Positions 40,184-49,332 of a stretch of DNA of 64,000 nt are shown here, piece by piece. Made by a program: the position numbers and the translations under genes. Under the pieces are notes generated by a model, which was not told the origin of the DNA, searched no databases, and saw only the letters and a program-made list of their open reading frames with translations. Origin of the DNA: an uncultured Candidatus Rokubacteria bacterium (GTDB lineage: Bacteria > Methylomirabilota > Methylomirabilia > Rokubacteriales > DASRDR01); the NCBI GenBank assembly GCA_963708025.1, contig CAVPSB010000022.1, positions 96,001-160,000 on the forward strand, read 5' to 3'. Every line of letters starts with the position of its first letter. Position 1 is the first letter of the stretch.

Positions 40184-40846
40184 CTACTGCACCACCACCG
40201 CGCCGGGCGGCGGGGTGAAGACGAAGAGCCGATCGGGGAGCCCCGCGTTCACGAGCGACGTCGAGAAAGGCGAGGCGGACCTCGTTGCCGAGCTCGTCGT
40301 ACAGGACCGCCTTCCGCACGAGCCAGCTCCGCGGGTCGACGGAGAGGACGAGCCGGGCCAGCAGGGGCTGCGGCGTTTTGGGCGTCAGGTTGAGGACCAC
40401 CAGGCCCTCGGCGTCGGCCGGCTGGGCCGGGTTCAGGAAGCGGACCTCGAACTGCTCGCGGAGCTGCCCCAGGCCCTGGAGGAAGCTGCCGGCCGGGCCG
40501 GCCAGGGCCTGGGGCGCGGCGGCCACGTTGACCTGCTTCAGCGCGGGCGTGTAGACCCAGAGCTTCTGGCCGTCCGAGACGATCTCCTGCGGCGTGGGCG
40601 TCGCGAACTCCCAGCGGAGCTTGCCGGGCTTCTTGAGGTAGAGCGTGCCCTTGGCCTCGGTGGTCTGGTTCATGGCGCGGTTGACGGCCGTCTGGCGGAA
40701 GTCGGCCTTGAGGTCGCGAAGCGCCCTGGTACGTCGTCTCGAGCCGCTGCACCGCCTCGTCGAGCGTCGGAGCGCGTGGAGGCGGCGGCCGACGCGCAGG
40801 CCGGCAGAGCGAGGAGGAGGACAAGGAGCCGGCGGAGGCCGGCCAC
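40184..40846 (-). CDS. lolA: Outer-membrane lipoprotein carrier LolA (frameshifted)
   Basis: Signal peptide; [14 protein letters not shown]...[17 protein letters not shown] at C-terminus; near ftsK. Confidence 0.85.
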
Positions 40847-40850
40847 GCGG

Positions 40851-41184
40851 CTACAGCCCCAGCTCTTCGAGGGCCTCGATGATGACGTGCTTGGGGGCGA
40901 GGTGGACATCGTTGAGGTGGATCAGGTATCCCGAGAGCTCATCCGGCAGCTGAAACGGCAGGTGGCACTTCCGGCACGTTTCCCGGCGAGGCGGGATCTG
41001 GACCCCGTAAGCGCGCAGGACGGACCGCAGGAGCTGGCTCTCGCGGCTGACCCGCACGCGCTCCACCCCGACCCCGAACGCCTGCTCGAAGATCTGGGCC
41101 ACCGCGCAGGCGGCATCGCCCTCGGTCAGGGACGCCGAAGGCCTGACGCCGGTCGTTGTCTCGCAGGAACTCGCTGAGCTTCAT
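40851..41184 (-). CDS. Small hypothetical protein with a C2H2 zinc-finger-like motif (frameshift ~41130)
   Basis: MKLSEFLRD...CRKCHLPFQLPDELSGYLIHLNDVH; removing one extra C joins the two ORFs; GGAG RBS. Confidence 0.6.
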
Positions 41185-41410
41185 TCTCTCCGTCCGTGTG
41201 GGTCTCTCCCCTTCGAATCGCATCCCCATGATTCCCGAGACGACCCCCATCTGTCAACCGTCGGGGCGAGGCCGGACTCCTCGGCCTGCCAGCCGATGGT
41301 CCCTGGCAGGGACCTTGCTTCGCCGGCTCTCGGGCCAACCGCCGCGCCGGCCGCCCCGGGGATGCCGGAGACCGTGGCCGCTCGCTTGTCGGTTGCCTCA
41401 ACGCCGTGCT

Positions 41411-41764
41411 CTAATCCCCGCGGGCGATGCAGCTCGAGCTCTTCCAGGGCCCGCACATCCCGCTGATTCGCTCCTGGCCGCCCTCGAGAGCCTCTATGAG
41501 ACGACTGATGAACCGGGCGGTGGCATCCCGGGGGAGTTCGAGAACTACGATGCCGCCGAACCTGTCCGGGGGATAGTTCCGGATGTCCGCGAATCCCCAG
41601 TCGCCGGTGAGCAGGCACGCGTTCTGAGCCTGGGCGAAGCCGGCGATCGTCGAATCACTCGCGCTGGCCAGGCCGACGTCCCGCACGTCGATCGCTTCGT
41701 GACCGTATCGGACCAGCAGTCCCTTGGCCGATCGCGGGAGGTCGGCGTCGATGATGAAGCGCAA
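41411..41764 (-). CDS. DUF5615 PIN-like toxin (VapC45-type)
   Basis: RFIIDADLP...GHEAIDVRDVGL..ASD..I...A...LLTGDWGF...GIVVL. Confidence 0.85.
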   Translation of the reverse strand: MRFIIDADLPRSAKGLLVRYGHEAIDVRDVGLASASDSTIAGFAQAQNACLLTGDWGFADIRNYPPDRFGGIVVLELPRDATARFISRLIEALEGGQERISGMCGPWKSSSCIARGD

Positions 41765-41772
41765 GTCGCCGC

Positions 41773-41997
41773 CTACTCCATCGGAAGCGGATGATGCACC
41801 TCCCGCTCGATCAGTCGGCTCGCGTACTCGAGGGCAGCCCGCACGTCCCCCTCGGTCACGACGTACTCCCGCACGACCTCTTCGACGGTCATCCCCCCGG
41901 CGAGTCCGCCGAGGATGCGCGCGATCGGTACCCTGGTCCCCCGGATCACGGGCTTGCCGTGCTGGATCGCTGGATCGATGATCACCCGGTTTTCCAT
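41773..41997 (-). CDS. DUF433 antitoxin
   Basis: IDPAIQHGKPVIRGTRVP...GMTVEEV...DVRAALEYA; RBS GGAGG. Confidence 0.92.
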   Translation of the reverse strand: MENRVIIDPAIQHGKPVIRGTRVPIARILGGLAGGMTVEEVVREYVVTEGDVRAALEYASRLIEREVHHPLPME

Positions 41998-42025
41998 GTC
42001 GCCTCCGACCACGCCGACTGTTCGT

Positions 42026-42034
42026 ATTCTAGCA
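42026..42034 (-). promoter_or_regulatory. Extended -10 promoter (TGCTAGAAT) of the toxin-antitoxin operon
   Basis: TGn-TAGAAT ~30 nt upstream of the antitoxin ATG. Confidence 0.55.
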
Positions 42035-42180
42035 TCGGGTAACTCTTCACCTCCGGTTCAACTCCCTCAGGACAGTGACCGCAACGTCCCGCCGCCGTAG
42101 CCTCCAGGGCTCCGAACACCATCACCCATTCGGCTGCTTGCCACTTTTCCGAACAGGGCCTCGCGGCACGGCGCTCCACT

Positions 42181-42270
42181 CCGGGCCGCGGCCCGAGGGC
42201 CGAAGACCGTCCAACCGGTCGCGACCTCCGAATGGGGGAACCCCGGGGGTCTTCCGAAAGCCCCGGATCC
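42181..42270. repeat. Mosaic palindromic repeat (A/C-like hairpins fused to a family B core) downstream of ftsK
   Basis: GGGCCGCGGCCCGAGGGCCGAAGACCGTCCAACC followed by GGGGGAACCCCGGGGGTCTTCCGAAAGCCCCGG. Confidence 0.65.
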
Positions 42271-42272
42271 GC

Positions 42273-44456
42273 TCAGCGGGGGGCGGCGCGGCGGGCCAGG
42301 TACTCGGGGCCGACCAGGATCTGGCGCGGCTTGGCGCCATCGCCCGGCCCGATGATGCGGTCCTGCTCCATCAGGTCGATGAAGCGGGCGGCCTTGGGGT
42401 AGCCGAGGCCGAGGCGGCGCTGGATGAAGCTGATCGACCCTTGCTTCTGGCTGATGACCAGCTCGACGGCGCGCCAGTAGTGGTCGTCGCGCTCGGCCTC
42501 GCTGGCGCCCTCCCCGCCGGGCGTCATGTCCTTGACGGGCTGGATCAGCCCCTCCTCGTAGACCGCCTGCCCCTGCTTCTTGAGGAACGCCGCGATCTCC
42601 CGGACCTCGCCCTCCGACACCCAGGCGCCGTGGATCCGTACCGGGCGCGACGAGGCGGGCGGGACGAACAGCATGTCGCCGCGGCCGAGGAGCTGCTCGG
42701 CGCCGTTCTGGTCGAGGATGGTCCGCGAGTCCACCTTGGAGGCGACCTGGAAGGCGATGCGGGCGGGAAAGTTCGCCTTGATGAGCCCGGTGATGACGTC
42801 CACCGACGGCCGCTGGGTGGCGATCATCAGGTGGATGCCGACCGCCCGGGCGATCTGGGCGAGCCGGGCCAGCGAGGTCTCGACCTCGCCGGCAGAGACC
42901 ATCATGAGGTCGGCCAGCTCGTCCACGATGACGATCCAGTAGGGCAGCCGCTCGGCGGGCTCGACCGCGCGATTGTACCCCTCGATGTTCCGCACCGACT
43001 TCGCGGCCAGGAGCTTGTAGCGCTCCTCCATCCGGCCGACGATCCAGCGGAGGCGGACGGCCGCCTCCTTGGCGTCGGTCACCACCGGCGACAGGAGGTG
43101 CGGGATCCCGTCGTACATGCCCAGCTCGAGCCGCTTGGGGTCGATCATGAGCAGGCGGACGTCGGACGGCGGGCACCGGTACAGGATCGAGCAGAGCATC
43201 GCGTTGAGGCCGGCCGACTTGCCGGCCCCGGTGGCGCCGGCGATCAGGAGGTGCGGCATCGCGGCGAGGTCGGTCACGTAGGGCTGGCCGATCGCGTCCT
43301 TGCCGAGGGCGAGGGCGAGCGGGGCCTTGGACTCCACGAACTCCTTCGAGACCAGGATCTCCCGCAGGTGGACCGTCGACGCCTCGGGGTTCGGGACCTC
43401 GATCGCCACCGTGCCCCGCCCGGGCACCGGGCCGAAGACCCGCACGGCCCCGGCCTTCATGGCCAGGGCCAGGTCGTCGGCCAGGTTCACCACCTGGTTG
43501 ACCTTGACCCCCGGCGCCGGCTCGAACTCGTAGCCGGTGATGATGGGACCGGGGTTCACCTGGACGATCCGCCCACTCACCCCGAAGTCCTCCAGGCGCT
43601 TGCGGAGCAGGTCGGCGTTCTGGGAGAGCTCCTCGCGCGTCCGCCGCCGCTCGGTGGCCGGCGCGGCCTTGAGGAGGCCGATCGGCGGAAGCTGGAAGGT
43701 CTGCCCCGCCCGGGCGAAGTCAAAGGTCTCCTGCCAGGAGAGGCCGCGCTCGGCGAGGCGGCCCTTCGCCCGCTCGCCCGTCGCGCCGGGCCGCGGAGCC
43801 GGGGCCATCGTCGGCGGCGGCTCGACGGCGCCCGCGATCGCGGGCGGCTCCGGCGCCGGCTCGACGATCGTCGTCGATGGCGCCGACTCCGGGCGGGCGC
43901 GCCGCCGCAACAGCCGCCGCAGCCGCACGAGCCCCCGCTGGCCGAGCCCCGCGTACGAGACCTGGGTCAGGCAGAGCGCCGCCACCGCCGCGATCGTGAG
44001 CAGGACGAGGACGCTCCCGAGGTCCCCGAGCGTGCCCCGCAGCGCCCCGTCGACGAGGCGCCCGAACAGGCCGCCCCGGTGGAGGTAGACGCCGCCGCTC
44101 ACGCCGGACACGCGGGCCAGGAGCCCGGTCAGGCCGACCAGCCCCAGGCCGACGCCGGCCAGCGTGAAGACGCCGGCGGCCGGAACGGGACGGACGAAGG
44201 CGGCGACCGCCCAGCCGGCGAGCGCGAGCGGCACCAGGTACCCGGCGTAGCCGACGGCGGTGAACAGGGCCCAGCCGATCCAGAGCCCGACGACGCCGAC
44301 CTGGGCCTCCTGGTCGAGCCAGTGGAGCGCCGGGTCGTAGGAGAGGAGCGCCAGGAAGACGTAGACGCCCACGCCGAAGGCGACGACCGCTTGCGCTTCG
44401 CGCACCCAGCGGAGCGTCGGCCTGGAAGCAGCTCTGGCTCGCGCCTTCGCCATCAT
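42273..44456 (-). CDS. ftsK: DNA translocase FtsK
   Basis: Four N-terminal TMs, MPHLLIAGATGAGKS, IVDELADLM, ATQRPSVDVITG, gamma domain. Confidence 0.96.
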   Translation of the reverse strand: MMAKARARAASRPTLRWVREAQAVVAFGVGVYVFLALLSYDPALHWLDQEAQVGVVGLWIGWALFTAVGYAGYLVPLALAGWAVAAFVRPVPAAGVFTLAGVGLGLVGLTGLLARVSGVSGGVYLHRGGLFGRLVDGALRGTLGDLGSVLVLLTIAAVAALCLTQVSYAGLGQRGLVRLRRLLRRRARPESAPSTTIVEPAPEPPAIAGAVEPPPTMAPAPRPGATGERAKGRLAERGLSWQETFDFARAGQTFQLPPIGLLKAAPATERRRTREELSQNADLLRKRLEDFGVSGRIVQVNPGPIITGYEFEPAPGVKVNQVVNLADDLALAMKAGAVRVFGPVPGRGTVAIEVPNPEASTVHLREILVSKEFVESKAPLALALGKDAIGQPYVTDLAAMPHLLIAGATGAGKSAGLNAMLCSILYRCPPSDVRLLMIDPKRLELGMYDGIPHLLSPVVTDAKEAAVRLRWIVGRMEERYKLLAAKSVRNIEGYNRAVEPAERLPYWIVIVDELADLMMVSAGEVETSLARLAQIARAVGIHLMIATQRPSVDVITGLIKANFPARIAFQVASKVDSRTILDQNGAEQLLGRGDMLFVPPASSRPVRIHGAWVSEGEVREIAAFLKKQGQAVYEEGLIQPVKDMTPGGEGASEAERDDHYWRAVELVISQKQGSISFIQRRLGLGYPKAARFIDLMEQDRIIGPGDGAKPRQILVGPEYLARRAAPR

Positions 44457-44514
44457 CCAACAGGGGGGGGAGTCCCAACTACTCCTCCCCCTGAACCCCC
44501 CCCATCTGGGGGTC
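44451..44514. repeat. Family A short copy (both ends kept, central hairpin missing); supplies the ftsK ATG
   Basis: CATCATCCAACAGGGGGGGGAGTCCCAAC...CCCCCTGAACCCCCCCCATCTGGGGGTC matches both ends of the 54511..54629 copy. Confidence 0.8.
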
Positions 44515-44540
44515 TACCGCGCCAATATCGCCCATACCTA

Positions 44541-46250
44541 TCACGCTTCGAGGATGATCGGCAGCACGATCGGCTTCCGGTCGTAGCGCTGGCTGATGAA
44601 CCGCCGCAGCGTCCCGCGCAGCAGCGACTGGAGCACGTCGCGGCCCATCGGCTCCTCCCCGGTCCGGGCGGCCAGCGCCTCGCGCAGGACTCCCTTGGCT
44701 TCCTCCAGCACCGCCTCCGACTCCCGCTCGTACACCCACCCCCGGGAGGCGATCTCCGGGCCGGCGATGATCTCCCCCGTCCCGCGGTCCACGGTCACCG
44801 CCACGACCACCATGCCGTCCTGGGCGAGGAGCTCCCGGTCGCGCAGCACCACCGCCCCCACGTCGCCGATCCCCTTGCCGTCCACCAGGACGCGGCCGAC
44901 CGGGAAGCGCTGGAGGACGCGCGCCGTCGTCTTGGTGAACTCGACCCCCTGCCCGTCCTCGATCACGAGGGTGCGATCGACGGTGAGCCCCACCTCCTGG
45001 GCCAGCCGGGCGTGGCCGAGGAGGTGGCGGTACTCGCCGTGGACCGGGATGAAGAAGCTCGGGCGGACCAGGTTGAGCATGAGTTTCAGCTCCTCCTGGG
45101 CCGCGTGGCCTGAGACGTGGACGAAGGCGACGGGCTCCCACAGGACCTCGGCGCCGAGCCGGAGGAGCTGGTTCACGAGCCGGGTGATCGTCCGCTCGTG
45201 GCCCGGGATGATGCGGGCCGAGAGGATGACGAGGTCGCCCTCCGCCACCTGGACGTACTTGTGCTCCTCGCTGGCCATGAGCGCCATCGCCGAGTTGGGC
45301 TCGCCCTGGCTGCCCGTCGAGAGGATCACCTGGCGGTAGGGCGGCAGCTCGGCCAGCTCCTCGAGCGAGGCCAGGCAGCCCTCCGGGACCCGGAGGTAGC
45401 CGAGCTCGGCGGCGATGCGGACGTTCGTCTCCATGCTCCGCCCCAGCAGGGCCACCCGGCGGCTGAAGGCCGCCGCCAGGTCGAGGACCTGCTGGATCCG
45501 GTGGATATGCGAGGCGAACGTCGCCAGGATGACGCGCCCCGGCGCCTTGCGGAAGCGCTCGGCCAGGTGACGGCCCACCTCGCGCTCCGACGGGGTCGTG
45601 CCCGGGCGATCCACGTTGGTGGAGTCGGCCATCAGGCAGAGGACGCCGCGCTCGCCCAGCTCCGCGAGCCGGTGGTAGTCAGAGCGCTCGTCGTCGATCG
45701 GGCTCGGGTCGAACTTGAAGTCGCCGCTGTGGACGAGCGTCCCCACCGGCGTGTCGATCGCGTAGCCGACGCCGTCCACCACCGAGTGGGTGACCCGGAT
45801 CGGCTCGACCCGGAAGGGGCCGAGCTCGAAGACCTGGCGCGGCTCGACCGGGATCAGGCGCGCCCGCTCGGCGAGGCCGTGCTCGCGAAGGCGCTCGGTC
45901 GCCAGCGCCAGCGCCATTCGCGTGCCGTACACCGGGACGTCGACCTCCCGCAGGAGATAGGACAGCGCGCCGATGTGGTCCTCGTGCCCGTGGGTGAGGA
46001 TCACCCCGCGGAGGTGCGCGCGCTTGGCCAGGACATACGAGAAGTCGGGGATGACGTAGTCGATCCCCGGCATCTCGGCGTCGGGGAACATGAGCCCGCA
46101 GTCGATGGCGACGAGGTCCTCCCCCGACTCGAGGAGCATCATGTTCAGGCCGATCTCCCCGAGACCCCCGAGAGGGATGACGCGGACGGTCGGCTCGATG
46201 GCGCCCTCGGACCCGATGGGGGCGCCGGCAGGTTCGGACGACTCCGTCAT
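44541..46250 (-). CDS. rnj: Ribonuclease J
   Basis: PLGGLGEIGLN, THGHEDHIG, DSTN, HVSGHA, PVHGE. Confidence 0.96.
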   Translation of the reverse strand: MTESSEPAGAPIGSEGAIEPTVRVIPLGGLGEIGLNMMLLESGEDLVAIDCGLMFPDAEMPGIDYVIPDFSYVLAKRAHLRGVILTHGHEDHIGALSYLLREVDVPVYGTRMALALATERLREHGLAERARLIPVEPRQVFELGPFRVEPIRVTHSVVDGVGYAIDTPVGTLVHSGDFKFDPSPIDDERSDYHRLAELGERGVLCLMADSTNVDRPGTTPSEREVGRHLAERFRKAPGRVILATFASHIHRIQQVLDLAAAFSRRVALLGRSMETNVRIAAELGYLRVPEGCLASLEELAELPPYRQVILSTGSQGEPNSAMALMASEEHKYVQVAEGDLVILSARIIPGHERTITRLVNQLLRLGAEVLWEPVAFVHVSGHAAQEELKLMLNLVRPSFFIPVHGEYRHLLGHARLAQEVGLTVDRTLVIEDGQGVEFTKTTARVLQRFPVGRVLVDGKGIGDVGAVVLRDRELLAQDGMVVVAVTVDRGTGEIIAGPEIASRGWVYERESEAVLEEAKGVLREALAARTGEEPMGRDVLQSLLRGTLRRFISQRYDRKPIVLPIILEA

Positions 46251-46266
46251 CGTTGGCGGTATGGTA

Positions 46267-47091
46267 TCACGCGGCCTCGGACGCCACGAAGAAGTGGGCG
46301 AGTCGGGCAAACTCCGGCAGGCTCAGCGTCTCCGCGCGCCGGCGCCCGTCGATCCCCGCCGCCGTCAGACCGGCCTCCACCCCCGCCGCGCCGAGCCCGG
46401 GAAAGCCGGCCCGGAGCGCGTTGGCCAGCGTCTTCCGGCGCTGGGCGAACCCCGCCTTCACGACCCGGACGAAGGCCGCCGGATCGGCGATCGGCACCGG
46501 GGGCGTTGCGTGAAAGACGGCGCGCACGACCGCGGACTCGACCTTCGGCGGCGGGCGGAAGGCCCGGGCCGGCACGACGAAGAGCAGCGCCAGCTCCGCC
46601 CACGCCTGCCAGAGCACGGACAGGACCCCGTAGGCCTTGCCACCGGGCGGCGCGACGAGCCGCTCGGCGACCTCGCGCTGGAGCATCACGGTCGCCGCGT
46701 CGAGCGTGCCCCGCGCCTCCCAGAGCCGGAAGAGGATGGGCTTGGAGGCGCTGTACGGCAGGTTGCCGACGACGAGGACCCGGCCCCCGGGGCTCGGACG
46801 GAGGTCCCGGAGCGTCTCGTAGGGGAAGGTCCGGGCGTCGGCGAGGCGCGGGTCCACGCCCGGCCAGCCCTCGCCCCGGGCCGCCAGCCGCGCGTGGAGC
46901 GCGGGGTCCAGCTCGAGGGCGACGACGTGGCCGGCGCGCCCGGCGAAGAGCTCGGTCAGGACCCCGTACCCCGCGCCGATCTCGCAGACCAGGTCGGCCG
47001 CCGTCGCGCCGACGGCCTCCACGATGCGGCCCGCCACGACCGGATCGGCCAGGAAGTGCTGGCCCAGCGCGCGCCGGTCGGACGCCTTCAC
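46267..47091 (-). CDS. rsmA: 16S rRNA dimethyltransferase RsmA/KsgA
   Basis: [45 protein letters not shown]. Confidence 0.94.
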   Translation of the reverse strand: MKASDRRALGQHFLADPVVAGRIVEAVGATAADLVCEIGAGYGVLTELFAGRAGHVVALELDPALHARLAARGEGWPGVDPRLADARTFPYETLRDLRPSPGGRVLVVGNLPYSASKPILFRLWEARGTLDAATVMLQREVAERLVAPPGGKAYGVLSVLWQAWAELALLFVVPARAFRPPPKVESAVVRAVFHATPPVPIADPAAFVRVVKAGFAQRRKTLANALRAGFPGLGAAGVEAGLTAAGIDGRRRAETLSLPEFARLAHFFVASEAA

Positions 47092-47718
47092 CCTCGCCTC
47101 GCGCGGTGCTCGGCCAGCAGGGCCGCGTGCACCGCCCTCACCTGGGCCGCCGTCTCCTCGGGGCCGTCCGAGTTGTCGATGACGTAGTGGGCCTGCTTGA
47201 CCTTCTCCGCCAGCGGCATCTGGCTCGCGATGCGCCGCTCGGCCTCGGCGGCGTCCAGCCCATCCCGTCGCATCAGGCGGTCGCGCTGCGCGGCCGGCTC
47301 GGCATAGACCACGATCACCCGATCGACGTCGGCGTGGGCGCCCACCTCGATCAGGAGCGCCGCGTCCTGGACGACGATCCCGTCGAAGCCGCGGGCCGCC
47401 AGCTCCTCGAGCGCGGCGGCGCGCCGCCGCCGGATCGCTGGATGCGTGATCTCCTCCAGCGCGCCGGCGCTTCCCGGGATCGGCGAAGATCAGGGCGCCG
47501 AGGCGGGCGCGGTCGAGGCTCCCGTCCGGCTGGAGGATCTCGGGCCCGAATGCCTCGACGATCGCCTGCAGGGCCGGCTCGCCCGGCGCCACCACTTCGC
47601 GAGCCAGCACGTCGGCGTCGATCACGTGGCAGCCCAGCTCGGCGAGCTGCCGGCTCACCGTGGACTTGCCGGAGGCGATCCCCCCGGTCAGCCCCACGAG
47701 CAGGAACGGCCGCGCCAC
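47088..47718 (-). CDS. coaE: Dephospho-CoA kinase (frameshift ~47465)
   Basis: [28 protein letters not shown]. Confidence 0.93.
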
Positions 47719-48572
47719 TAGCGCGCTACGTCCAGCCGGAACTCGCCGCGGGCGACGACGACCGCCGTGCCACCGACCTCCACCTTCGTCGCCTGCTCGC
47801 GCGAGCCCTCGACCCTGGCGAAGAGCGTGCTGGGCCGGCCGACCTCGGCGCCCTGGCTGATCTCGATCTCCTCGCCGAAGCCGATCCGCCCGTGGCGGGC
47901 CAGGTGCCAGGCCAGCGGTCCCGCCGCCGAGCCGGTGGCCGGGTCCTCGGGGATCCCGTGGCCCGGGACGAACGCCCGGGCCTTCCAGCGCCGCCCGGCG
48001 CCGGCCACGCAGTTGGTGATCATGCCCCCCAGCCGCGCCAGCGCGGCGAAATCCGGCTGGAGCCCCGCCACCGCCGCCTCGCCGGCCAGCGTCACGTAGA
48101 CGTGCCGCGGGCCGTTGGTGTAGAGCTCGACCGGGAGCTCCGACCGCTCGACGCCGAGCGCGGCGAGGAGCGCCGGCACGGCGGCGTACGGCTCGACGGT
48201 GGGGAGGGGCTGGCGCATCCGGCCGAAGACGATCCGGGCACCTTCGCGCTCCAGCGTCACCGGCACCAGGCCGGCGCCGGTCTCGAGGACGATCTCGGGG
48301 AGCTGGAGCGGTGCGGCCAGGACGAACGCCGCGCCGAGGACCGGGTGCCCAGCGAACGGCAGCTCGCTCCCGGGCGTGAAGATGCGGATCCGCACGTGGC
48401 CCCCCCGCCCGGGCGGATAGACGAAGACGGTCTCGGAGAAGTTGACCTCCCGGGCGAGCGGCTGGAGCAGCGCCTCGGGGATGCCCCGGGCGTCCGTGAA
48501 GACCGCGAGCTGGTTCCCGGCCAGCGGCCGGTCGGTGAAGACATCGCAGACGACGTAGCGGAAGTCGGTCAT
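47718..48572 (-). CDS. PhzF family isomerase
   Basis: [43 protein letters not shown]. Confidence 0.92.
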   Translation of the reverse strand: MTDFRYVVCDVFTDRPLAGNQLAVFTDARGIPEALLQPLAREVNFSETVFVYPPGRGGHVRIRIFTPGSELPFAGHPVLGAAFVLAAPLQLPEIVLETGAGLVPVTLEREGARIVFGRMRQPLPTVEPYAAVPALLAALGVERSELPVELYTNGPRHVYVTLAGEAAVAGLQPDFAALARLGGMITNCVAGAGRRWKARAFVPGHGIPEDPATGSAAGPLAWHLARHGRIGFGEEIEISQGAEVGRPSTLFARVEGSREQATKVEVGGTAVVVARGEFRLDVAR

Positions 48573-48591
48573 CCAGGCCCCGACGGGCGGG

Positions 48592-48698
48592 CTAGTGGCG
48601 TTCCAACTTGTTCCAGCTAGTGCTTTCGATCCATGCGGCAAGTCCGTGCTTCAAGAATCGCTTGCCCATTTTGGCTCATGTAGTTGGAACGGCACTAG
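48592..48698. mobile_element. 107-bp MITE-like element, copy 2 (inverted relative to copy 1)
   Basis: Reverse complement matches 1781..1887 with 9 substitutions by manual alignment; CTAG at both ends. Confidence 0.85.
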
Positions 48699-49255
48699 CC
48701 GAGGAGCTCGCCGACGGACAGGATCAGGTCGGGAAAGGCCGCGGGGGCGACGGTGTCGCCGCGCGCGAGTCGCTGGAGGTCGCGATAGCGGTCGCCGACG
48801 GGCACACGGTGGGTGTCCACCCGTTCGTTCACGAGATCGACGATCCAGAACTCCGGGATCCCGGCGGCGGCGTAGGCGGGCAGCTTCACCTGGCGGTCAT
48901 ACGCAAGCGAAGCGTCGGAGACCTCGATGAGGAGCAGGACGTCGCCCGGGGCCGGATCGGCGTCCCGATACGCGGCGCGAGGTGGCCGAACGAGCAGCAG
49001 ATCGGGCTGGTACTCTGTCCGAGGTCCGAGGCGAATCGAGGCCTGCGGCAGGAGCAGCGCGCGGCCGCTGAGCCTCGGAGCAAGCCACTCGGCGAGGAAC
49101 CCGACGCAGAGGGCGTGTCGGCGTCCGATGGGCGTCATGTGGACGATCTCCCCGTCGACCAGCTCGACGCGCGGCTCGGCGAGGAAGAGTCCCGCCTCGG
49201 CCATCCGGTAGAACTCCTCTACCGTGAAGCGGTGCTTCGCCAGCTCGACCTGCAT
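48695..49255 (-). CDS. Uma2 family (DUF820) putative endonuclease
   Basis: HRFTVEEFYRM, VELVDG, QPDL, LLIEVSD.SL.YDR.VK..YA..GIPEFWIVDL. Confidence 0.92.
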   Translation of the reverse strand: MQVELAKHRFTVEEFYRMAEAGLFLAEPRVELVDGEIVHMTPIGRRHALCVGFLAEWLAPRLSGRALLLPQASIRLGPRTEYQPDLLLVRPPRAAYRDADPAPGDVLLLIEVSDASLAYDRQVKLPAYAAAGIPEFWIVDLVNERVDTHRVPVGDRYRDLQRLARGDTVAPAAFPDLILSVGELLG

Positions 49256-49332
49256 GCGGCCTCCCGATGGCGATTCTACACGAGGACTTGCACGCTTCCT
49301 ACTTCATCAGCGCCCCTTCACGTCATCCCGAG

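Noticed and set aside
39675-40673. Apparent LolA-YajQ fusion ORF
   Set aside because: Produced by a frameshift near 40255; LolA has its own stop at 40184 and YajQ its own ATG at 40175
46267-47718. Apparent CoaE-RsmA fusion ORF
   Set aside because: Frameshift near 47465; the CoaE C-terminus is in another frame and ends at 47088, overlapping the rsmA GTG
47718-48572. PhzF as evidence of phenazine biosynthesis
   Set aside because: Stand-alone PhzF-family gene without other phz genes
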